Below, piece by piece: positions 46,232 through 55,581 of a stretch of DNA of 64,000 nucleotides. The DNA comes from Candidatus Rokuibacteriota bacterium (lineage in GTDB: Bacteria > Methylomirabilota > Methylomirabilia > Rokubacteriales > CSP1-6). Location: positions 43,394 to 107,393 of the forward strand of contig QHSX01000047.1 in NCBI GenBank assembly GCA_003221695.1, written 5' to 3'. Below the pieces are notes generated by a model that did not search any database, had not been told where the DNA came from, and saw only the letters and a list, made by a program, of their open reading frames with translations. The translations under genes were made by a program, and so were the position numbers. Position 1 is the first letter of the stretch. Each line of letters starts with the position of its first letter.

Positions 46232-46276
46232 ATGCTCGAGTGGAGGTTCGGGCGATTCGCCCGAATGAAGGTATGA
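46232..46276 (+). promoter_or_regulatory. candidate 14-codon leader ORF (MLEWRFGRFARMKV) enclosing a 19-nt perfect palindrome (46247..46265)
   Basis: GAGGAG lies 3 nt before the ATG at 46232. The palindrome is TTCGGGCGA-T-TCGCCCGAA. The leader stop TGA (46274..46276) overlaps the adaptor gene ATG (46273..46275). Confidence 0.3.
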
Positions 46277-47604
46277 GCGTGTTGCGCAACAGGAGCCGAT
46301 CCCAACGGCAATGGACGCACCGAACCGCCGGGTTGGCCGCGGCGGCCTGGCTGGGGCTCACGGCGTGCACGTCGTCCCCGGAGGCGCTCCCGACGCCGAA
46401 GCCGCCGGCGGTGACGGTGGTCACCGTGGCTCAGCGCGCGGTTCCCGTGTACGGCCAGTACGTGGGTCAAACGGAGGCGGTCAAGACCGTCGAGATCCGC
46501 GCACGGGTCGAGGGCTTTCTCGAACGGCAGGTGGTTCCCGACGGCGCCGACGTCAAGGCGGGCGACATCCTCTTCGTCATCGACCCGCGGCCCTTCGAGG
46601 CCACGCTCCGCCAGACGCAGGCCAACGTCGCCCGCGACACCGCCCAGCTCCACCAGACGGAAGCGGCGCTGATCCAGCGCGAGGCCGACATGCAGCAGGC
46701 GCAGGCCAACCTGGAGCGCGACCTCGCCCAGCTCGAGAACGCGCGCACGCAGGAGGGACGCTACCGCACGCTCCTCCAGAAAGAGCTGATCGCTCACGAG
46801 CAGTACGATCAGATCCACACGAACATGACCGCGCTGCAGGCCACGGTGCAGGCTGACCGCGCCGCCTTCGAGAACGCGAAGGCGGCGCTCGCCGTCGCCC
46901 GCGCGGCGATCGAGAACGCGCGGGCCGTCATCCGCGCCGACGAAGCCGCCGTTGACAGCGCTCAGATCCAGCTCGGCTACACCACGATCCGGTCGCCCCT
47001 CGATGGGCGCATGGGCCGGGCGGAAGTTCGGGTCGGGAGCCTGGTCGGACGGCAGGACTCGACGCTCCTCGCGACGTTGTCCACGTTGGATCCGATGTAC
47101 GTCAACTTCAGCGTGAGCGAGCGCGAGGCGCTGTCTGTGTGGCGCTACCGGACAGCGCCCACGGGCCCCTCGGGAATCACCATGACGTTGCCGGACGACA
47201 GCGCCTACCCGCACGACGGGCGGCTCGACTTCGTCGACCGCGCCGTGGACCCGCGGACCGGCACGCTCGCGCTACGGGCCACGTTCGCGAACCCGCGTCG
47301 GCTGCTCCAGCCGGGACAGTACATGCGCCTGCGGATCCTGCTCGATGAGCGGGCCGGTGCGGTCGTCGTACCGCAGGCCGCAGTCCAGGAGAGCCAGGGC
47401 TCGGCTTCTCTGTTCGTGGTGGGGCCGGATCGGACCGTGCAGGCGCGCACCGTCCGCATGGGGCCTCGCTTCGGGCCGCTGTGGGTCGTGGAGGAAGGCG
47501 TGAAGCCCGGTGAGCAGGTCGTGATCAAGGGCCTCCAGCAGGTACGGGCGGGGATGCGCGTGGAGCCGACCGTCGAGCCACTGCCGCCGGCGCCCGGGAG
47601 CTGA
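46273..47604 (+). CDS. efflux RND transporter periplasmic adaptor (membrane fusion protein), lipoprotein
   Basis: Lipobox LGLTAC, a long coiled-coil hairpin (QANVARDTAQLHQTEAALIQREADMQQAQANLERDLAQLE), and YTTIRSPLDGRMG. Confidence 0.9.
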   Translation: MSVLRNRSRSQRQWTHRTAGLAAAAWLGLTACTSSPEALPTPKPPAVTVVTVAQRAVPVYGQYVGQTEAVKTVEIRARVEGFLERQVVPDGADVKAGDILFVIDPRPFEATLRQTQANVARDTAQLHQTEAALIQREADMQQAQANLERDLAQLENARTQEGRYRTLLQKELIAHEQYDQIHTNMTALQATVQADRAAFENAKAALAVARAAIENARAVIRADEAAVDSAQIQLGYTTIRSPLDGRMGRAEVRVGSLVGRQDSTLLATLSTLDPMYVNFSVSEREALSVWRYRTAPTGPSGITMTLPDDSAYPHDGRLDFVDRAVDPRTGTLALRATFANPRRLLQPGQYMRLRILLDERAGAVVVPQAAVQESQGSASLFVVGPDRTVQARTVRMGPRFGPLWVVEEGVKPGEQVVIKGLQQVRAGMRVEPTVEPLPPAPGS

Positions 47605-47610
47605 CCGGCG

Positions 47611-50600
47611 GTGTTCGTCAACTTCTTCATCGACCGGCCCATCTTTGCCTCCGTGCTGGCCATCGTCATCGTCGTCGCCGGCGCCGTGGCGATCCCGTTC
47701 CTGCCGATCGCGATGTTCCCGGAGATCACGCCGCCTCAAGTCGTGGTCCAGGCCACCTACCCCGGCGCGAGCGCCGAGGTCGTCGAGCAGACCGTGACCA
47801 CGCCCATCGAGCAGCAGGTCAACGGCGTCGAGAACATGATCTACATGTCCTCCCGCAGCGGCAGCGACGGGACGATGACCCTCACCGTGACGTTCAAGGT
47901 CGGCACCGACCTCGACATCGCCGCCGTGAACGTGCAGAACCGGGTCGCCATCGCCCAGGCGAAGCTGCCCCAGGACGTGATCAGACAAGGGCTCAGCATC
48001 ACGAAGCAGTCTCCCGACCTGGTCGAGATCGTGGCCTTGACCTCACCCGACGGAAGCCGGGACGAGCTCTACCTGAGCAACTACGCCACGCTCCAGGTTG
48101 TCGACGTGCTGGCGCGCGTGCCCGGCGTCGGACAGGTGACCGTATTCAACGGGCGGGACTATGGGATGCGCCTCTGGCTGAATCCCGACCGGCTCGCGAG
48201 CCTCGGACTCACCGCCGGCGACGTGGCCGATGCGGTCCGCGAGCAGAACCTTCAGGCGGCGGCCGGGCAGATCGGCCAGCCCCCGGCGCCGCGGGGCCAG
48301 CAGTTCCAGTACACCGTCACCACCCGCGGCCGCCTGTCGGTGCCGGCCGAGTTCGAGGAGATCATTCTCCGCACGCGGGCCGATGGCTCGGTGCTGCGAC
48401 TCCGCGACGTCGGCCGCGTGGAGCTGGGCGCCCAGAACTACGGATCGTTCGGCCGCGTCGGCGGCAAGCCGGCGGCGCTCATCGGCATCTTCCAGCTGCC
48501 CGGCGCCAACGCCCTCGACGTGTCGCGCGGGGTCCAGGCGGCCGTGGCGCGGCTCGCCCCGAGCTTCCCGAACGGCGTGACCCACACGCGTCCCTACAAC
48601 ACGACCGAGTTCGTCCGGGTCTCGATCGAGGAGGTCGTGCGGACGCTCCTCATCGCCATCGGGCTCGTCGTCCTCACCGTCTACGTCTTCCTGCAGGACT
48701 GGCGCACGACGCTGATCCCGACCCTGACCATCCCGGTGTCGCTGGTCGGGACCTTCGCGGTCATCAGCGTGTTCGGGTTCTCGATCAACACGCTGACGCT
48801 CTTCGGCCTCGTGCTGGCCATCGGAATCGTGGTGGACGACGCCATCGTAGTGGTGGAAAACACCCAGCGACACCTCGACGAGGAGGGTCTGCTGCCGCGC
48901 GAGGCCACCCGACGGGCGACGGCCGAGGTCGTGGGCCCGGTCATCGCCACCGCACTCGTCCTGATGGCGGTGTTCATTCCGATCGCCTTCCTGCCGGGCA
49001 TCACCGGCCAGCTCTACCGGCAGTTCGCGCTGACGATCGCCGTGTCGGTGGCCCTCTCCGCGCTCAACGCGCTGACGCTGACGCCGGCCCTCTGCGCGCT
49101 CCTCCTCCGGCCGGCCGGCGCGGCGCGCCAGCGCTGGCTGGCCCGCGTGTGGAACGCGTCCTTCGCCCGACTCACCGCCGGCTACGATCGAACCGTCCGG
49201 CAGATCGTCCAGCGCTCGGCGCTGGCGGTCGTCGTGCTGGTGATCTTGAGCGGAACCAGCTACCTGTTGCTCCGCACCGTGCCCACTGGCTTCGCGCCCA
49301 CCGAGGACCAGGGCTACCTCCTGGTCAACGTCCAGCTTCCCGATGCTGCCTCACTCGAGCGCACCGACGCCGTCGTTCGTCAGATCGAGAAGATGCTGCT
49401 CGACACACCCGGCGTCGAGACCGTGGTCGCCATCGGCGGGCGCAGCTTCATCTCCGGCGTCAACGGCCCGAACGTCGCCTCCCTCTTTCCGCGGCTCACG
49501 CCCTGGTCGAAGCGCAAGTCGGCCGAGCTCCGGGCCGACGCGATCCTCGGGCGCTTGCGCGCGCGTCTCGGCAGGATCCAGGAGGCGGCCGTCGTGGTCT
49601 TTCCTCCGCCGCCCATCCGGGGCATCAGCTCCGGCGGCGGGTTCCAGTTCGAGGTGCAGAGCGTGGCCGGCGGCTCGCTCCTAGATATCGACGCCGCCGC
49701 CCGGCAGATCATGGACGCAGCCCGTCAACGGCCGGAGCTGGCCGCGACGTACACGGCGTTCCGGCCGGGCGTGCCGCAGCTCGACGCGCAGGTCGACCGG
49801 ACCAAGGCCAAGGCGCTCGGCGTGCCGCTGTCCGACGTCTTCTCGAGCCTGCAGATCTTTCTGGGCTCGCTCTACGTCAACGACTTCAACGCGTTCGGGC
49901 GGGTCTACCGCGTGCAGGTCCAGGCCGAGCCGAGCTACCGCGCAGCGCCGAGCGACGTCGCGCGTCTGTACGTCCGAAGCCAGGCCGGTCAGAACGGCCA
50001 GTCCGCTCGGATGGTGCCGCTCAGCACGCTCGTCACCGTGAGGCCGATCACCGGCCCCGACACCGTCTCCCACTACAATCTCTATCGCTCGGCGGAGATC
50101 GCCGGCGACACCGCGCGCGGAGCCAGCTCCGGCCAGGCCATCGCGGCCATGGAAGATCTGTCGCGGCACCTTCCCCAGGGCATGGCGTACGAATGGTCGG
50201 GCCTCGCGTTCCAGGAGATCGAGGCGGGGAGCCGGGCGGGATTCGTCTTCGCCCTGTCCGCGCTGTTCGTCTTCCTCGTCCTGGCCGCCCAGTACGAGAG
50301 CTGGCTGGTCCCCCTGGCGGTGATCCTGGCCGTACCGCTCGGTGTCCTCGGCGCGCTGGGCGCGCTGTGGTGGAACGGGCTCGCCAACGACGTGTACGCG
50401 CAGATCGGCCTCGCCCTGCTCATCGGCCTGGCGAGCAAGAACGCGATCCTCATCGTGGAGTTCGCCAAGGAGCGTCGCGAGCGTGGGATCGATGTGCGGG
50501 AGGCCGCGCGGCAAGCCGCCCGGCTTCGCTTCCGGCCGATCCTCATGACGTCCTTTGCGTTCATTCTGGGCTCGCTCCCGCTGGTCGTCGCGTCCGGAGC

Positions 50601-50784
50601 GGGCGCCGCCAGCCGGCACTCGATCGGCACGACCGTGGTCGGCGGGATGCTCGCGGTCACCGTCCTCGGCGTCCTCCTGGTGCCGGCCTTCTACGTCGCG
50701 GTGGAGCGGCTCGCCGAGTGGATGGGACGGGTGCCACGGGACCCAGCGGCCCCCGGCAATTCAGATGAGCGAGTTGACAGGTAA
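47611..50784 (+). CDS. RND multidrug efflux permease (AcrB/MexB HAE1 family)
   Basis: 1057 aa with a GTG start. N-terminus FVNFFIDRPIFASVLAIVIVVAG, LVLAIGIVVDDAIVVVEN, and twelve TM segments with two large periplasmic loops. Confidence 0.95.
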   Translation: MFVNFFIDRPIFASVLAIVIVVAGAVAIPFLPIAMFPEITPPQVVVQATYPGASAEVVEQTVTTPIEQQVNGVENMIYMSSRSGSDGTMTLTVTFKVGTDLDIAAVNVQNRVAIAQAKLPQDVIRQGLSITKQSPDLVEIVALTSPDGSRDELYLSNYATLQVVDVLARVPGVGQVTVFNGRDYGMRLWLNPDRLASLGLTAGDVADAVREQNLQAAAGQIGQPPAPRGQQFQYTVTTRGRLSVPAEFEEIILRTRADGSVLRLRDVGRVELGAQNYGSFGRVGGKPAALIGIFQLPGANALDVSRGVQAAVARLAPSFPNGVTHTRPYNTTEFVRVSIEEVVRTLLIAIGLVVLTVYVFLQDWRTTLIPTLTIPVSLVGTFAVISVFGFSINTLTLFGLVLAIGIVVDDAIVVVENTQRHLDEEGLLPREATRRATAEVVGPVIATALVLMAVFIPIAFLPGITGQLYRQFALTIAVSVALSALNALTLTPALCALLLRPAGAARQRWLARVWNASFARLTAGYDRTVRQIVQRSALAVVVLVILSGTSYLLLRTVPTGFAPTEDQGYLLVNVQLPDAASLERTDAVVRQIEKMLLDTPGVETVVAIGGRSFISGVNGPNVASLFPRLTPWSKRKSAELRADAILGRLRARLGRIQEAAVVVFPPPPIRGISSGGGFQFEVQSVAGGSLLDIDAAARQIMDAARQRPELAATYTAFRPGVPQLDAQVDRTKAKALGVPLSDVFSSLQIFLGSLYVNDFNAFGRVYRVQVQAEPSYRAAPSDVARLYVRSQAGQNGQSARMVPLSTLVTVRPITGPDTVSHYNLYRSAEIAGDTARGASSGQAIAAMEDLSRHLPQGMAYEWSGLAFQEIEAGSRAGFVFALSALFVFLVLAAQYESWLVPLAVILAVPLGVLGALGALWWNGLANDVYAQIGLALLIGLASKNAILIVEFAKERRERGIDVREAARQAARLRFRPILMTSFAFILGSLPLVVASGAGAASRHSIGTTVVGGMLAVTVLGVLLVPAFYVAVERLAEWMGRVPRDPAAPGNSDERVDR

Positions 50785-50845
50785 GGTGGCCATCGTGACG
50801 GGCGGGTCGAAGGGAATCGGCGCGGGGATGGCTCGAATTTTGTGA
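50765..50845 (+). pseudogene. 26-codon N-terminal fragment of an SDR oxidoreductase
   Basis: MSELTGKVAIVTGGSKGIGAGMARIL followed by a stop. It is a perfect SDR Rossmann N-terminus (TGGSKGIG) cut off after 26 residues, and it overlaps the RND gene 3' end by 20 nt. Confidence 0.55.
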
Positions 50846-50860
50846 GCTGCTCAGCCCTCC

Positions 50861-52201
50861 CTATCTGGGGCAGATCCAGCCGGTTCCGTTGGGGTTGGGG
50901 AAACAGCCGACCGATTGTGGCAGCAGCTGCTTCGGCAGCCACAGCACAACGTCGGGGAACAGCACCGTGAAGGCGATAGTGGCGAAGAACACGATGTAGA
51001 GAGGGAACGATCGGAGCATCGCGCGGTAGAACGGCACGCCGACGAACTTCGAGGCTATCAGGAGCGACAGTCCGTAAGGCGGGGTGATCAATCCGAACAC
51101 CAGCGTCGTGATGATGACCACGCCCATGTGCACCGGGTTGATGCGGCCCACCTGCGTCAGCTTGTTGATGATGGGCATGAAGATGATGATGGCCGGGATC
51201 GCGTCGATGAAGTCGCCGAGGATCACGAACAGCGCGACCAGAAGGAGCATGATCATCCTTGGGTCGGTGCCCGCGTAGTAGCTAATGTACTCGGCCACCG
51301 TGTCGGGGCCACGCAGATAGGCGAGCATCCAGCCGAAGGCCGAGGCTCCGGCCACCGCCGCCAGCGGCAGTGAGTACAGCAGGCCGGTGTACATGAAGTC
51401 GCCCGGCAGGCGGCGGACGTGGCGCGGATTCAGCACCGGGATGAGCACCAGCAGGATGTAGGCCGCCGCGGCCATGCCGGCCTCGGTCGGCGTGAACCAG
51501 CCGGTCAGGATGCCACCCATGATGATGACCGGGATCACCATCGGCAGGGCCGAGCCGCGGGCCGCGACGAAGATGTCCACGAGGCGTGCACGCTTCTTCA
51601 TGGTCCCGACCGGACCGAAGAAGTAGCTGTAGATCATCAGCCCAACGCCGATCAGCACACCCGGCACCACGCCGCCGAGGAACAGCCCGCCGATCGACAC
51701 GTTGCCGGTGGCGCCGTAGACCACCGCCATGATCGACGGCGGGATCAGGTTGGCCATAGTCGAGGCCGAGGCGATGAGTGCTGCCGTGAAGGCACGATCG
51801 TAGCGCTCCTTGTCCATCTCGGGCGCCACCGTGCGGCTCAGCACGGCGACGTCGGCGGCCGAGGAACCCGAGATGCCGGCAAAGAACATGCTGAACAAAG
51901 TGACCACCTGGGCTAGCCCCCCGCGCAGGTGCCCCACCAGCGTCTGGGCGAGTCGGATCATGCGATGAGTCACGTCGGCCGACGACATCAGCTCGCCGAC
52001 GAGGAGGAAAAAGGGGACGGCCAGGAGCGTCTCGGAGTCGATGCCATGGAACAACTGGCCGACCATCGACTGGAAGCTGATCGGAGTGAACGCCGTCGCC
52101 GCCAGCACGCCCGCTATGATCGCGAACGCCACCGGCACGCCCATGTAACCCAACAGCAGGAACAAGCCTCCCATCAAGACCAGGAGTAAGCCAGAGCTCA
52201 T
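50861..52201 (-). CDS. dctM: TRAP transporter large permease
   Basis: 446-aa polytopic DctM-type sequence. An ATGA overlap joins it to the upstream small permease. Confidence 0.9.
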   Translation of the reverse strand: MSSGLLLVLMGGLFLLLGYMGVPVAFAIIAGVLAATAFTPISFQSMVGQLFHGIDSETLLAVPFFLLVGELMSSADVTHRMIRLAQTLVGHLRGGLAQVVTLFSMFFAGISGSSAADVAVLSRTVAPEMDKERYDRAFTAALIASASTMANLIPPSIMAVVYGATGNVSIGGLFLGGVVPGVLIGVGLMIYSYFFGPVGTMKKRARLVDIFVAARGSALPMVIPVIIMGGILTGWFTPTEAGMAAAAYILLVLIPVLNPRHVRRLPGDFMYTGLLYSLPLAAVAGASAFGWMLAYLRGPDTVAEYISYYAGTDPRMIMLLLVALFVILGDFIDAIPAIIIFMPIINKLTQVGRINPVHMGVVIITTLVFGLITPPYGLSLLIASKFVGVPFYRAMLRSFPLYIVFFATIAFTVLFPDVVLWLPKQLLPQSVGCFPNPNGTGWICPR

Positions 52202-52767
52202 TCCACGGGTTCCGGCAGGAGCTCATCGTCCTCGGGACCCTCGAAGCCGTTCTGCCATCCTTTGACGATCTGCTCGACGGAAAATAGCATGACCACGACG
52301 CCCGAGATCGGCACGACACCGGTATAGACGGTCAATGGAATGAGCCAAGGCATGCGGAAGCTGCCCAGGTCCAGCATCGCGTTCTTGTAGCCGAACCAGG
52401 CCATGAATCCGGCCACAATCAGCACAACCAGCCGGTTGAAGGTCTCGATCGCCCAGCGTTTGGTGCCGGTCATACGCCTAGTGATCTCGGCCAGGTAGAT
52501 ATGGTCGTTGCGCCGCGTGGCGGCGGCGATGCCGATGAACACGCCCCAGGCGAAGAATGCCGTGGTCGCCTGTTGCAGCCACAGCCAGGGGTGGCCGATG
52601 GTGCGCGTCACGACGTCGAGGAAGACGCACAGGGTAAAGCCGCCGATGCACACCCCGCACAGGACCATCAACCCGGCCTCCAGCGGGTCCAGCCGTTTCC
52701 ATTTCAGGTGGCGGTGGCGCTGGAGGATCAGCGCCCGGCTTGCGGCAAAGTCGGTCACGGCTGTCAC
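52198..52767 (-). CDS. dctQ: TRAP transporter small permease
   Basis: 189 aa with four TM segments, located between the DctP-like and DctM-like genes. Confidence 0.85.
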   Translation of the reverse strand: MTAVTDFAASRALILQRHRHLKWKRLDPLEAGLMVLCGVCIGGFTLCVFLDVVTRTIGHPWLWLQQATTAFFAWGVFIGIAAATRRNDHIYLAEITRRMTGTKRWAIETFNRLVVLIVAGFMAWFGYKNAMLDLGSFRMPWLIPLTVYTGVVPISGVVVMLFSVEQIVKGWQNGFEGPEDDELLPEPVE

Positions 52768-52836
52768 TTGCTTATCCCCGTCGCGCGAAGCGTGGCGGCG
52801 TTGCCCGCGCCGTCGCGCCGCATCATATCGGTGGGA

Positions 52837-53841
52837 CTACTTCGCGGCGCGGACGAGACCGAGGATCTTGACCGCATGGGGCCCGAGCTCCTTGGCCAGC
52901 TCGTCCTGAATGGGCAGGGCGGCCTTCATGAAGCCGGACTTGTCGACCTTGGAGTTGATCTTGACGCCGATCTTCTGAAGCTTCGCAGCCGACTCGGCCT
53001 CGAGCTTGAAGGCCATGGCCGGCTCGCGTCGGCTGACGTCGTCGGCCGCCTCCTGGACCCACCTTTTCTCTTCGGCGCTGAAGCTGTTCCAGGCCTTGTC
53101 GCTGACCCAGATGCAGTTGTTGTTGGCTTCGTGCTGGGTCATGTTCAGCACCGGCGCGACTTCGTAGTGCTTGTTCTGCTCGTACACGTTGACGCCGTTC
53201 TCGGCCACGTTCACCACGCCGGTCTGGAGCGACGTGTAAACCTCGCCGAAGGGCATGTGTACGGTCTGCGCGCCGTAAGCAGGGAAGTGCGTGTCCTCGG
53301 TCTTGGTCGCTTGCACGCGCACCTTCAGGCCCTTGATGTCGTCGATCTTGCTGATCTCTTTTTTGCTGTACATGTTGCGGAAGCCCATGGTGATCAGGCC
53401 GATGACCTGGGCGCCCTGCACCGAGTCCTTGATCATGGCGCGGAAGGCATCGGACACGGCCTTGTCGGCCAGCGCTTTGGCCAGATGGTTCTCGTCGTGG
53501 AAGATGAAGTGCAGCGAGAACACGCCGGCTTGCGGCGCCACGCTGGCTGCATTCGCGGTTGCCGTGATGACGAAGTCGATGTCACCGGCACGCAGCTTCT
53601 GCAGCGTTTGCGGCTCGGTCCCCAATTGCGCGCCGGGGAACTGATTGATGCTGAGCTTGCCGCCGCTCAACGCCTTCAGCTTTTCGTCGAACAGGTTCGC
53701 GGCGACGCCGTAGGCGGTCGTCACCGGCTGGTCGTAGGCGAAGCTGAGCTTGCGCTGTGCCGAGGCATCGCTCGACAGCCCGAGCGTCAGGACGCCTGCG
53801 GCAAGAGCCGCGAGTCCGAGCTGTCTCATCGCGAAGTTCAT
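52837..53841 (-). CDS. dctP: TRAP transporter substrate-binding protein
   Basis: Signal peptide, then typical DctP-family sequence (GTEPQTLQKLRAGDIDFV, GLKVRV). Confidence 0.9.
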   Translation of the reverse strand: MNFAMRQLGLAALAAGVLTLGLSSDASAQRKLSFAYDQPVTTAYGVAANLFDEKLKALSGGKLSINQFPGAQLGTEPQTLQKLRAGDIDFVITATANAASVAPQAGVFSLHFIFHDENHLAKALADKAVSDAFRAMIKDSVQGAQVIGLITMGFRNMYSKKEISKIDDIKGLKVRVQATKTEDTHFPAYGAQTVHMPFGEVYTSLQTGVVNVAENGVNVYEQNKHYEVAPVLNMTQHEANNNCIWVSDKAWNSFSAEEKRWVQEAADDVSRREPAMAFKLEAESAAKLQKIGVKINSKVDKSGFMKAALPIQDELAKELGPHAVKILGLVRAAK

Positions 53842-54046
53842 AGTTTCCCTCCCGGGATGATCCGAACTCGGTGTCGGGTTCTCGTGTGTAGGAAAGACGC
53901 ATGGTCGCCGATCCGCCGCACGCCGTCAAGACGGACGAGGTAACCGAGCGTCTAACGCGGCACTACGTCCATGGTCTGGAGCAACTTGGCCATCGTGTCA
54001 TCCTCGAGCGCATTTCTGATCATGGTCGATGCGTACTCGGTTTGCC

Positions 54047-55297
54047 CTACGTCCTCCCGTGGAGGACGCGCCCGTCCCGCATCGTCGTGCGCACCTTCGC
54101 GAACGCGCGTACGTCCTGCGCGGGGTCGCCGTCGAGCACGACGATGTCAGCCGCGAGCCCCGGCGCGAGGCGTCCCGTCGCGCGCCCGAAGCGGGCGGCT
54201 GGGGCCGTGGTCAGCATTGCGAGGATCTGCGCCGGCGCGAGCCCGGCCCGCTGCAGGTACACGAACTCGTCGGTGGGATCGTAATCGGTCATGTAGCCGA
54301 CGTCGGTCCCGAAGAGGAGTTGCCCACCCAGCTCCGCGAAGGCGCGCGTCTGCGCCACTCCATTGCCGAGGACGAGCTCGATGAGATCGGGCGGAAGCCC
54401 GCCCCGGGTCAGCTCGTACGGCCAGAGCTTGAGAGTGGGGATCAGCGCCGTGCCGCGCTCCTTCATCATCGCGGGCAGCGCGCGATCCCAGGGGCTGCCG
54501 TCGAGTGAGGCCGGGAAGGTGTGGGCGAGGACGTCGACGCCGCCCTCGATGGCCGCGCGCGCGCCGGGGCTGTTCGAGGGATGCGCGAACACGAGCTTGC
54601 CGCGGCGATGGCCCACCTCGACGGCCGCGCGCACGACGTCGACCGGCATCACCACGATCGAGCGCGGCGTGGCCCAGGAGCCGGTAAAGAGCTTGACGAT
54701 GTCGCCACCGCGCGCGAGCTCGGCGTCGACGAGGACGGCGTCCGCCGGGCGCGTCAGCTCCGGGATCCTCGCGGGAAGGATGTAGAAGGGGCTCCCCCCA
54801 GCCGGCGCGAAGCCGGCGCCCGCCGTGAGGATCAACGGCCCCGGCACCTCGCCGCTTTCGATGCGGCGCCGGAGCGCGAGTGTGTTGAGGAGGTCGGACC
54901 CGGTGTCGACGACGTGGACGACGCCGTACGACGTGAGCATGGCCCGCAGTGCGGCGGCGAGTGACTCCGAGGGGGCGGTGTTCGCCGCGCGGAAGACGTC
55001 GCCTGTGAAGTGGACGTGACTGTTCCAGAAGCCGGCCGTCACGGTCCCGCCCGCGCAGTCGATGACGCGGGCACCCGCGGGCACGTGGACGGCCCCACGG
55101 GCGCCGACGGCCGTGATGATGGCCTCCTCTACGAGGACCACGCCGTCCGGGATCGCCGCTGCCTGCGGCGACGGCAGCACACGGCCGCCCACCAGCGCCG
55201 TCACGCGCGTCCTCGGCGCGGGCGTTTGCAGCGGCGACATACACGCCGCCAACACGGCAGCCGTGGCCAGCGCCGCGGCGCCCGATGACCTGATCAC
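54047..55297 (-). CDS. amidohydrolase family protein (lipoprotein-type signal)
   Basis: Metal motif FWNSHVHF and a C-terminal FGTDVGY. The GTG at 55297 gives the lipobox-like signal AAALATAAVLAAC. The track ORF extends to 55411. Confidence 0.75.
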   Translation of the reverse strand: MIRSSGAAALATAAVLAACMSPLQTPAPRTRVTALVGGRVLPSPQAAAIPDGVVLVEEAIITAVGARGAVHVPAGARVIDCAGGTVTAGFWNSHVHFTGDVFRAANTAPSESLAAALRAMLTSYGVVHVVDTGSDLLNTLALRRRIESGEVPGPLILTAGAGFAPAGGSPFYILPARIPELTRPADAVLVDAELARGGDIVKLFTGSWATPRSIVVMPVDVVRAAVEVGHRRGKLVFAHPSNSPGARAAIEGGVDVLAHTFPASLDGSPWDRALPAMMKERGTALIPTLKLWPYELTRGGLPPDLIELVLGNGVAQTRAFAELGGQLLFGTDVGYMTDYDPTDEFVYLQRAGLAPAQILAMLTTAPAARFGRATGRLAPGLAADIVVLDGDPAQDVRAFAKVRTTMRDGRVLHGRT

Positions 55298-55581
55298 CCT
55301 CTGACTGCACGACTCGCGAATTAAATGCCCCGGCCGATCTGAAAGGGCGCTGTGTCGTTCGATGGCGACAGTCACGTCGGCCACGGTAGCCGGTCGGAGC
55401 CGAGTGGTCAACGGCCTTGGTCATGAGCGCGCCTTGGCGAGGCGCCCACCAGGCGTGAGCCGCTTGCTTGGCGAGGATGTGATGCGATAGAACAGTCACC
55501 GCTTGGGGCGCAAGCCCAGTGGCCGGTTTGGACCCATCCGCGAATGGCCGGTCTTGAGGTGTCAATCGGAGGATCAAGCAG

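Noticed and set aside
53950-54046. Short minus-strand ORF ending MIRNALEDDTMAKLLQTMDVVPR, considered as the C-terminal remnant of a regulator upstream of the TRAP genes
   Set aside because: It is only about 25 to 30 codons with no diagnostic motif, which is too little evidence to call a pseudogene.
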